Origin: the human T2T-CHM13v2.0 reference genome, Homo sapiens
Length of the DNA: 64,000 bases
Assembly: GCF_009914755.1 (NCBI RefSeq)
Contig: NC_060935.1
Direction: 5' to 3' (one strand)
Part shown: positions 1-9,862 of the stretch, one piece after another
Numbering within the stretch: position 1 is the stretch's first letter
Layout of the letters: every line of letters starts with the position of its first letter
The notes under the pieces: model-generated
Told to the model about the DNA's origin: nothing
The model's input: only the letters and a program-made list of their open reading frames with translations
Databases searched by the model: none
Made by a program: the position numbers and the translations under genes

Positions 1-2079
1 GGGAGTCCTGGCTCCTGACTGCCCTGACCTTCTTCCTGCCACTGGGCCCATGATGGGGGTCCCCAACTTTCAAGAACACAGGGTAAGGGGTTTGTTTCCC
101 TGGTGGTGGGCGGGGGCATTCCTCAGCTTCGTGATGGGTCCTGAGTTTTCCAAAGGTCAGGATCCATGTCCTGGAAACGGATTCTGCTGTAGATGTGTGC
201 TTTTCTGTGAAATGACAGCTTAGTAAAAATACTTAAACTGGGGCTATTTGGAGACATCTAAGAGGTGGAGTGAGCACAACCTGGCACTAGTCGCCTCCCT
301 CCTGAGGCAGTTGACTGTCCGGCCTCTGCCCCTGGGCCCTTCCTCCTTCCCAGCTGCCCTGAGCCCTCTTCCAGCACCTCCTGTCCCCACCTCACACACT
401 AAGTCTTCCTGCTATTTTTAACTATTTGACATAATTTGCAAAAGAGAGAATAATAGTCCCAGCTCTTCCCAAGGACTTCTTTGTCCGGTGCCCATCTGAC
501 CTTGGCACTTTGTTGTGGGGGTGGCAGTGACCCTGACAAGTTCTCCCAGCCAGCGAGAGCACAGGCCTCCCATACAGTATCGTCAAGGTCAGCAGCCTCC
601 CGGGCAGGGGGGTTCTACTCCCCGCAGAAGCCCTGGCACCATGGCCAACTTGCTCACAGAGGGCACTCAGTCAGACCAAGGTGGGTTGGGGCAGAAAAGG
701 CTCCTTCAGAGATTCAAGGACAGTCACAACTGGTGCTGTGATGGGGCCACCGGGACAAGCACAGTGCAGGCCATTCCCATCAGCAGGGACCCAAGAGGAA
801 GTGGTAGGCTCTGGCAGTGGGGGCGGCTGGCGGTCCTGAAGACAGAGGGCTTTGCAAACCTAGGGGTGGAGGTAGTGGGATGTCAGCACCTGGGCTCCCT
901 GCTCAGAGGAGCTGGCGCCAGGATTCCCAGTGGGTGGGCTTGGGGAGGAGGCTGGAAAGGTTAGCACAGGCGAAAGTGTGGGGCCTAGGAAAGCTGGGCT
1001 CGCTTATTTGGCCAAGGAGGGTGGGGAGGGTTGGAGGAGGTCTAGGGGCCGCTGGAGGTGCAGGGCAGCCCGGGGAGGCAGGGCTATGGGGCCCAGCCAC
1101 GCATTCCACAGGCCTTCTCTCTGCGGGAACAGGAGTGAGGACACAGGCGCTCAGCGTGGCAGGGTGGGAACAGGAAGGTCTCGTGAGCTCTGTGACAGGA
1201 TGGGGCTACAGGAGACAGAGGTAGCAGTAAGCTGGTGAAGAGGCAGGAGGAGGCAAGGAGGACAGGGTGTTCTAGGGTGCCAGCTCAGGCAAGGCTCCAA
1301 GGAGTGGGTGAGTGCTCAGGAGGACGGGGGACCAAGGCCTGGGGTAAGGGGCAGGTGCCCAGGCACTCTAGCATGGCACGGAACAGGGGACAGTCCCAGG
1401 ACATCCGGATGCAGGGGGCTGACACCGCAAAGTTCTTTCCTGTAAAGCACAGCCCGAGGCCTGGGGCTTGGCCCTGGGCAGAGGAAGCCCCCCTTAGATC
1501 TGCCTTGGCAGTAGTGAGGAAAGGGCGTGCACAGACCCCACGCAGCCCGAGGTGACGGGTCAAATGCAAGAGTGAGAAGCCCCCTCCTGAGGGTCCTCCC
1601 CTGCCTCGCCTTCCTGGTGGGCGGCCTGCTTTCCAGCACATGTGGTGGACCAGCCCACATTAGGTCAAAGTGTTAAAAATAGCCGGAGGGCTCAGTATGT
1701 CTGGGGGGGGGGGGGGAATGGGAGGTGCTGAGGGAGGGCCCAGGACAGTTGGGAAGGAGGAAGGGCCCGTGGGGCTGGGGTTGGGACAGTCGGCTCCTGT
1801 AGGTGCAGCAGCCCTGGGGCATGCTCACCTCACCTCACCTCAGCTTTGTAAACCAGGGCCATGGGAGACCCCCTCCCTCTGATGCCCTCTCCCTCAAATG
1901 CCTTTGCCAACGTGTGGCTGAGAGTGCACCCCAGTTCCCCTTGGCCACCCCAGGCAGTCCCAGTCCACTGAGAGCAGCCGCTGTCCTTCTTCCCTCTCCT
2001 GCCTCCTGACCTGGGACCCCACAGAGCTGGGCCTGTCATCACATTTATGGGGCTGCAGCTGACCTGGGAACTCCCTTCC

Positions 2080-2390
2080 TCAGTCAGTCCACAAATATTT
2101 ACCCAGAGCCTCAGGGTGCTCAGTGACCTTTACAAAACAAAGTGCAGAGTCACGTGCCAGGGCACAGCAATCCCGGGCAAAACAGACCGGAACCCCTCCC
2201 TCGAGGAGATCAAGTTGGGGCGGCGCTTTAGAGTTGTGGTCAGGAGGCTGGCTGAGTGGTGACCTTAGGGCAGAGGCCTGAAGGAGCAGTGGAAGTGGAC
2301 TAGGCAGCAACTAGGTGAAGAGTGTTCCAGGAAACACTACACTGTCAGAATCAAGAGATGTTAGGGCCGAGAGGAGCCTCAAAATGGGGG
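2080..2390. mobile_element. Degenerate LINE-2-like fragment
   Basis: Motifs resembling L2 remnants (tcagtccacaaatatttac...; gtggtcaggaggct...ggcagaggcctgaagga); recognised by eye only. Confidence 0.4.
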
Positions 2391-2973
2391 AAGCAAGGCT
2401 GGGAGGGGTGGCCTACCCTGGTCACATGAGAGGTGGGGGCAGAGCAGGCCGGAGCCTCACAGGAAGAGGCCGGTTAGAGTTGGGGGTGGGGCCCAGCTTG
2501 TGTTTCCTGCACTGGCTGCGAGGCGTGAAAGGCGGGCTCCCGGCCAGCACACAGTGACAGTGCAGTTTCCAGACCCAGGCCCTGAGCTGAGGGGCCTCAG
2601 GGCTCAGAAAGGGCCTAGGCCTCAGATCTCTGGTGAGCGGGGAGCCCAAAATGGCCCTGGAGGCCACAGCTCCAGAACTAGACCCGTGGAGAATGGAGGG
2701 CTGGGGCCCTGCACATTCTCAAGCAGTAGTAGCAACACTGTCATTGTCCTGCCCTTGGTATAAGCCTGAAGAACCACCCTTTCTTACCCGGCTTCTGCTC
2801 CCCTTTTCCAGGGGCTCCTGTGGGAAATCCCGGGTACTTCCTGGGACTGGTCTGTCTATATGTTTGGAAACCACAGAGCTGACCTGGCTTCAGAACAAGA
2901 TGTGGGGCTCCAGGCACCCGGGAGACCAGTGACCCTGATTGGCAATAGCCGCAAGAAAGGGCTTGGAGACAGG

Positions 2974-3278
2974 GGCCAGGCGCGGTGGCTACCCCTGTAA
3001 TCGCAGCACTTTGGGAGGTCAAGGCAGGTGGATCACTTGAGGTCAGGAGTTGGAGACCAGCCTGGCCAATGTGGTAAAACCCTGTCTCTACTAAAAATAC
3101 AAAAAAAAAAAAAAAATTAGCCAATGTGGTGGTGTAAGCCTATAGTCCCAGCTACTCGGGAGGCTGAGGCAGGAAAATCACTTGAACCCAGGAGGGAGGG
3201 TGCAGTGAGCAGAGATCACACCACTGCACTCCAGCCTGGGCAACAGAGTGAGACTCCATCAAAAAAAAAAAGAAAAGA
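2974..3278 (+). mobile_element. Alu (AluS-like), full length
   Basis: GGCCAGGCGCGGTGGCT start, central A-rich linker, A tail; target-site duplication (TSD) AAGAAAGGGCTTGGAGACAGG at 2953-2973 and 3279-3299. Confidence 0.95.
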
Positions 3279-3924
3279 AAGAAAGGGCTTGGAGACAGGG
3301 CCCTAACCCTGGAATCCAGATGTTGCCAAAGCAGCCCCCTCCTGTTCCTCTGTCTGCCTGGGAAGAAGCAGGAGTTGGCCACCCACACAGGCAGGGCGGG
3401 CCCTTCACCACCCAGCTCCACCCCGGAATCCAAGGGCCTCTGTTTGCTGCTGTTTTCTGGAACAACTTGTTTTGATCTAGAGAAATCTGCTGACACCGGC
3501 CTTCCTGCTCTCACCCTCCAGCTGGGCAGAGGTATTTTTAGACTTATTTGTAGAGGAAGAGAGCAGAACCCAGGCCCAATGTGTACCCTCCTTACTGTGG
3601 GCACAGCTTTGGCCCCTTAAGGCAGGACAGAGATATCCATGTGGTTGTCTACCCTCAGCTCATCTCTCCTTAAATACATTCCTTTCCCGAGAAAAACGAG
3701 CTGTGTGGAACTTGGAGGCCAGCAAAGCTTCTACATAAGGACCCTCTGAAACAGTGCCCTTTTGTCCTTGAAAACCCAGGGTGGCAAAGGCAGCTCCAGA
3801 TACAAGGGCACAAAGGAGACTTGGTTCCCTTTGTGACAGGGAAGCCTATGCTTTACAGAATCCTATGTTTTGTATGTCAGTAATTCTCCCTACTTAAAAA
3901 AAAAATCTATATATATATATGTAT

Positions 3925-4180
3925 TAGAAAGGGTCTCACTCTTGTTGGCCAGCCTGGAGTGCAGTGGCACAATCATAGCTCACTGCAGCCTCAAAATCCT
4001 AGGCTCAAGGGATCCTGCTGCCTCAGTCTCCCCAGTAGCTGAGACTACAGGCAGTCATGTGCACCTGGCTTTTTTTTTTTTTTTTCTTTCATTTTTTGTA
4101 GAGACAGGGTCTTGCTGTGTTTCCCAGGCTGGTCTCGAACTCCTGGCCTCTAGGCAATCCTCCCACCTTGGCCTTCAAAA
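3925..4180 (-). mobile_element. Alu (AluJ-like), antisense
   Basis: gggtctcactct...ggagtgcagtggcacaatcatagctcactgcagcc...tttttgtagagacagggtcttgctgtgtt; reverse Alu dimer. Confidence 0.9.
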
Positions 4181-4631
4181 GCGAATGGATCCCACTCTTT
4201 TTTGAAAAATAAAATCTACCATAGTTTGTTTCTGGGATTTGGGAATGATGTGTGTGAATTAGAGAGATTTCGAGACCTGAAATAGAGAAAAGCAAGTTAA
4301 GACATCAACTGGGGCCCAGAAACAGCACTACAGCGGGGACGACCCACCTCTCAGATGCCTGGTGAGATAAAGAAAGGTCTGGCTGACTCCACTGCCCAGT
4401 ACTGTGAAGCAGCAGTGAAGACTCCTCCATTGGTTTCATAAGCTGCCCAGCTTTCTAGAACATTTTGACAGACAATTCCCTCTTTCCACACGGTTCTTTC
4501 AGGCCAAATCACCCCACCCCAACCCACCCCTGGAGATACAGTCAGGAAGAGACTGATGGGGCAGATCCTGGAGGAGGCCGCACTGCCGGAATCTTCCCCT
4601 GGCAGAGAAACAGGGCTAAGCAGGCGCCAGG

Positions 4632-4651
4632 GAGCAAGCCTGGGCTTGCCA
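4632..4651. promoter_or_regulatory. p53 response element upstream of NEAT1
   Basis: GAGCAAGCCT GGGCTTGCCA is two RRRCWWGYYY half-sites with no spacer and one mismatch, ~1.47 kb upstream of the TSS. NEAT1 is an established p53 target. Confidence 0.85.
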
Positions 4652-4680
4652 CATCACCACCTTCTGTGCTGAAGGTCAGA

Positions 4681-4855
4681 TGACACACAGTCACCAGTTT
4701 TCCGAGAAGCACAGGGAGGGGTGCATGTCAGGCCCAGCCCTGCCTGCTGATACCACCTCACAGACGCAGGCGAAATGTCTTCACCAGCTTCTTCTCGGTT
4801 GCCAAGGGGGCCTGCTTTCAAGGGGTTGTTTTGTATGGGGTGTGGGTGTTAACCA
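4681..4855 (+). repeat. Copy A of a ~170-bp direct repeat (copy B at 8590-8738) carrying STAT GAS and KLF motifs
   Basis: tgacacacagtcaccagttttccgagaa...gaaatgtcttcaccagctt...ggttgttttgtatggggtgtgggtgtta aligns colinearly with 8590-8738. Confidence 0.85.
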
Positions 4856-5329
4856 GGGAGAGGTTCCTGGCAGGAGTTCCTGTCAGATGCCATTTTCCAT
4901 TCTGGTTACTTGAACCGGGGTCCTTTTTCATCCTCTACCTCAGGGGCCAGAGCTTCCTCATCACCCTGCACCCCCTAGCAAGGGAGGTGCCCGCTACACG
5001 GTCCAAAGTCCTCTCCAGACATTCGGGCCCTGCCCGCCTTGCTGGAGGGCTCAGGAGTTCACCAGGTTTGCTTCCAGAAGAGCCAGGCTGGGGATGCCTG
5101 CTTGCAAATGCAGCAAATAAAAAATAAATAAATAAATAAAAATCACCTTTCTCCCCACCCCCACCCAAATGTAAAATGAGCCGACAGCCTGTCCCTCGGC
5201 TATGTCAGATACTGCTTTCCGCACAATATCTTGGTTTTACATTATTTTGCAACGGCCTCTTCCCACTTAATCCATCCTGAACACACTTCTTGAATGTTCT
5301 ACCCCGGCAGGGATGCGCATTCTCAGGAA

Positions 5330-6140
5330 ACACGTCCCCTCGCCAGGCCCCTGGGAAGAGTCAAAACCACGATGCCTGCCCCTGAAGCGCCCGCGCGGCT
5401 CCACGGGGCTCCATGTTGTCACCCACTAGCTCCTGGACGCTATCAGCCCGCAGCAGGGTTTCCTGGCCAGAGAAACCGCCTGTTGGGGTGCGGAGCGTTC
5501 CACGTCCCCTCGCAGCACCCCGCTGGCCTTCTGGGCCGCCCCGCCCCCAACCCGCGCCCGGGCGCTGACGTCATCGGCCGAGCCCGACTCGGAACCACCG
5601 CCCGAAAGTCACGCGCGCCTCCCGGCGGGACGCGCCCTCTGCAGAGATCCCTCCGCCGCCGCCTGGAATTTTCCAGATGTCCTGCCGGCCCTTCTTTCGG
5701 GCCTCGGCTGGGCGTGGTGACCTCAAGCGACCCCGGCGGCTCCCGTCGCCCACTCAAGAGGGCGCCCCCGCCCGCCACGCCCCCAGCCCCTCTCGGGGAA
5801 GCGCGTCCCCCGCCCGACCTCAACAACATCCGGGAAGAAAAGGGGTCTTCTTCCTCATGGCATTCGCCTCCCAAATGTCACCTTGAGCGCTGTCCGCGAT
5901 CCCAAAAAGCACTGTTAAAGAGAAGCGGGGATACACTGGGGTCCTTGCGTGGGGGCCGCCTGGGAGACCATGCACCGCCCGGGAGTCTCTCCGGGCAGGG
6001 TCGGGGAGGGACTTTTTTGCCGGTGGCCGTGGAGGAATCGTCCCGTTGAGCAATGACCCCGGTGACGCGGCTGAGGGCTATAAAAGCAAAAGTTGTGGCA
6101 AGTCCAGCCGGAGTTAGCGACAGGGAGGGATGCGCGCCTG
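5330..6140 (+). promoter_or_regulatory. NEAT1: NEAT1 CpG-island promoter
   Basis: CpG-dense. GC boxes ~5537-5548, full CRE TGACGTCA 5566-5573, HSE/kB-like CTGGAATTTTCCAG 5663-5676, half-CRE TGACG 6063-6067, TATA box 6079-6085. Confidence 0.9.
6079..6085 (+). promoter_or_regulatory. TATA box
   Basis: TATAAAA 31 nt upstream of the recognised NEAT1 5' end GGAGTTAGCGACAGGGAGG at 6110. Confidence 0.9.
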
Positions 6141-9100
6141 GGTGTAGTTGTGGGGGAGGAAGTGGCTAGCTCAGGGCTTCAGGGGACAGACAGGGAGAGA
6201 TGACTGAGTTAGATGAGACTAGGGGGCGGGCTGGGGGTGCGAGAAGGAAGCTTGGCAAGGAGACTAGGTCTAGGGGGACCACAGTGGGGCAGGCTGCATG
6301 GAAAATATCCGCAGGGTCCCCCAGGCAGAACAGCCACGCTCCAGGCCAGGCTGTCCCTACTGCCTGGTGGAGGGGGAACTTGACCTCTGGGAGGGCGCCG
6401 CTCTTGCATAGCTGAGCGAGCCCGGGTGCGCTGGTCTGTGTGGAAGGAGGAAGGCAGGGAGAGGTAGAAGGGGTGGAGGAGTCAGGAGGAATAGGCCGCA
6501 GCAGCCCTGGAAATGATCAGGAAGGCAGGCAGTGGGTGCAGGGCTGCAGGAGGGCCGGGAGGGCTAATCTTCAACTTGTCCATGCCAGCAGCCCCTTTTT
6601 TTCCAGACCAAGGGCTGTGAACCCGCCTGGGGATGAGGCCTGGTCTTGTGGAACTGAACTTAGCTCGACGGGGCTGACCGCTCTGGCCCAGGGTGGTATG
6701 TAATTTTCGCTCGGCCTGGGACGGGGCCCAGGCCGGGCCCAGCCTGGTGGAGCGTCCAGGTCTGGGTGCGAAGCCAGGCCCCTGGGCGGAGGTGAGGGGT
6801 GGTCTGAGGAGTGATGTGGAGTTAAGGCGCCATCCTCACCGGTGACTGGTGCGGCACCTAGCATGTTTGACAGGCGGGGACTGCGAGGCACGCTGCTCGG
6901 GTGTTGGGGACAACATTGACCAACGCTTTATTTTCCAGGTGGCAGTGCTCCTTTTGGACTTTTCTCTAGGTTTGGCGCTAAACTCTTCTTGTGAGCTCAC
7001 TCCACCCCTTCTTCCTCCCTTTAACTTATCCATTCACTTAAAACATTAGCTGGTCATCTGGTAAGCCCGGGACAGTAAGCCGAGTGGCTGTTGGAGTCGG
7101 TATTGTTGGTAATGGTGGAGGAAGAGAGGCCTTCCCGCTGAGGCTGGGGTGGGGCGGATCGGTGTTGCTTGCCTGCAGAGAGGGTGGGGAGTGAATGTGC
7201 ACCCTTGGGTGGGCCTGCAGCCATCCAGCTGAAAGTTACAAAAATGCTTCATGGACCGTGGTTTGTTACTATAGTGTTCCTCATGGCGAGCAGATGGAAC
7301 CGGGAGACATGGAGTCCCTGGCCAGTGTGAGTCCTAGCATTGCAGGAGGGGAGACCCTGGAGGAGAGAGCCCGCCTCAATTGATGCCTGCAGATTGAATT
7401 TCCAGAGGCTTAGGAGGAGGAAGTTCTCCAATGTTCTGTTTCCAGGCCTTGCTCAGGAAGCCCTGTATTCAGGAGGCTACCATTTAAAGTTTGCAGATGA
7501 GCTTATGGGGGGCAATCTTAAAAAGTCCACAGCAGATGCATCCGGCTCGAGGGGCCATCAGCTTTGAATAAATGCTTGTTCCAGAGCCCATGAATGCCAG
7601 CAGGCACCCCTCCTTTCCTGGGGTAAAGGTTTTCAGATGCTGCATCTTCTAAATTGAGCCTCCGGTCATACTAGTTTTGTGCTTGGAACCTTGCTTCAAG
7701 AAGATCCCTAAGCTGTAGAACATTTTAACGTTGATGCCACAACGCAGATTGATGCCTTGTAGATGGAGCTTGCAGATGGAGCCCCGTGACCTCTCACCTA
7801 CCCACCTGTTTGCCTGCCTTCTTGTGCGTTTCTCGGAGAAGTTCTTAGCCTGATGAAATAACTTGGGGCGTTGAAGAGCTGTTTAATTTTAAATGCCTTA
7901 GACTGGGGATATATTAGAGGAAGCAGATTGTCAAATTAAGGGTGTCATTGTGTTGTGCTAAACGCCGGGAGGGTACAAGTTGGTCATTCCTAAATCTGTG
8001 TGTGAGAAATGGCAGGTCTAGTTTGGGCATTGTGATTGCATTGCAGATTACTAGGAGAAGGGAATGGTGGGTACACCGGTAGTGCTCTTTTGTTCTTGCT
8101 TCGTTTTTTTAAACTTGAACTTTACTTCGTTAGATTTCATAATACTTTCTTGGCATTCTAGTAAGAGGACCCTGAGGTGGGAGTTGTGGGGGACGGGGAG
8201 AAGGGGACAGCTTGGCACCGGTCCCGTGGGCGTTGCAGTGTGGGGGATGGGGGTATGCAGCTTGGCACTGGTACTGGGAGGGATGAGGGTGAAGAAGGGG
8301 AGAGGGTTGGTTAGAGATACAGTGTGGGTGGTGGGGGTGGTAGGAAATGCAGGTTGAAGGGAATTCTCTGGGGCTTTGGGGAATTTAGTGCGTGGGTGAG
8401 CCAAGAAAATACTAATTAATAATAGTAAGTTGTTAGTGTTGGTTAAGTTGTTGCTTGGAAGTGAGAAGTTGCTTAGAAACTTTCCAAAGTGCTTAGAACT
8501 TTAAGTGCAAACAGACAAACTAACAAACAAAAATTGTTTTGCTTTGCTACAAGGTGGGGAAGACTGAAGAAGTGTTAACTGAAAACAGGTGACACAGAGT
8601 CACCAGTTTTCCGAGAACCAAAGGGAGGGGTGTGTGATGCCATCTCACAGGCAGGGGAAATGTCTTTACCAGCTTCCTCCTGGTGGCCAAGACAGCCTGT
8701 TTCAGAGGGTTGTTTTGTTTGGGGTGTGGGTGTTATCAAGTGAATTAGTCACTTGAAAGATGGGCGTCAGACTTGCATACGCAGCAGATCAGCATCCTTC
8801 GCTGCCCCTTAGCAACTTAGGTGGTTGATTTGAAACTGTGAAGGTGTGATTTTTTCAGGAGCTGGAAGTCTTAGAAAAGCCTTGTAAATGCCTATATTGT
8901 GGGCTTTTAACGTATTTAAGGGACCACTTAAGACGAGATTAGATGGGCTCTTCTGGATTTGTTCCTCATTTGTCACAGGTGTCTTGTGATTGAAAATCAT
9001 GAGCGAAGTGAAATTGCATTGAATTTCAAGGGAATTTAGTATGTAAATCGTGCCTTAGAAACACATCTGTTGTCTTTTCTGTGTTTGGTCGATATTAATA

Positions 9101-9844
9101 ATGGCAAAATTTTTGCCTATCTAGTATCTTCAAATTGTAGTCTTTGTAACAACCAAATAACCTTTTGTGGTCACTGTAAAATTAATATTTGGTAGACAGA
9201 ATCCATGTACCTTTGCTAAGGTTAGAATGAATAATTTATTGTATTTTTAATTTGAATGTTTGTGCTTTTTAAATGAGCCAAGACTAGAGGGGAAACTATC
9301 ACCTAAAATCAGTTTGGAAAACAAGACCTAAAAAGGGAAGGGGATGGGGATTGTGGGGAGAGAGTGGGCGAGGTGCCTTTACTACATGTGTGATCTGAAA
9401 ACCCTGCTTGGTTCTGAGCTGCGTCTATTGAATTGGTAAAGTAATACCAATGGCTTTTTATCATTTCCTTCTTCCCTTTAAGTTTCACTTGAAATTTTAA
9501 AAATCATGGTTATTTTTATCGTTGGGATCTTTCTGTCTTCTGGGTTCCATTTTTTAAATGTTTAAAAATATGTTGACATGGTAGTTCAGTTCTTAACCAA
9601 TGACTTGGGGATGATGCAAACAATTACTGTCGTTGGGATTTAGAGTGTATTAGTCACGCATGTATGGGGAAGTAGTCTCGGGTATGCTGTTGTGAAATTG
9701 AAACTGTAAAAGTAGATGGTTGAAAGTACTGGTATGTTGCTCTGTATGGTAAGAACTAATTCTGTTACGTCATGTACATAATTACTAATCACTTTTCTTC
9801 CCCTTTACAGCACAAATAAAGTTTGAGTTCTAAACTCATTAGAA
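6110..9844 (+). ncRNA. NEAT1: NEAT1_1 (MEN-epsilon), ~3.7-kb polyadenylated lncRNA isoform
   Basis: Recognised 5' sequence GGAGTTAGCGACAGGGAGGGATGCGCGCCTGG; AATAAA at 9815-9820 gives ~3.7 kb. Exact cleavage base is approximate. Confidence 0.95.
8590..8738 (+). repeat. Copy B of the ~170-bp direct repeat (copy A at 4681-4855)
   Basis: tgacacagagtcaccagttttccgagaa...gaaatgtctttaccagctt...ggttgttttgtttggggtgtgggtgtta. Confidence 0.85.
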
Positions 9845-9862
9845 TTGTTGTATTGCTATGTT
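9646..9862 (+). terminator. NEAT1_1 cleavage/polyadenylation module (isoform switch)
   Basis: Five TGTA (CFIm motif) at 9646, 9661, 9705, 9743, 9773; ACTAAT (QKI-type) at 9755 and 9784; TCCCCTT (hnRNPK-type) 9799-9805; AATAAA 9815-9820; GU-rich downstream element 9845-9862. Confidence 0.9.

Noticed and set aside
1-2900. Possible FRMD8 exons or other coding sequence at the window start
   Set aside because: No FERM-domain-like translation or convincing exon structure; appears to be GC-rich intergenic DNA.
5294-6049. 251-aa ORF across the NEAT1 promoter
   Set aside because: Pro/Arg/Gly-rich product typical of stop-poor CpG islands; no recognisable domain; lies upstream of the TSS.
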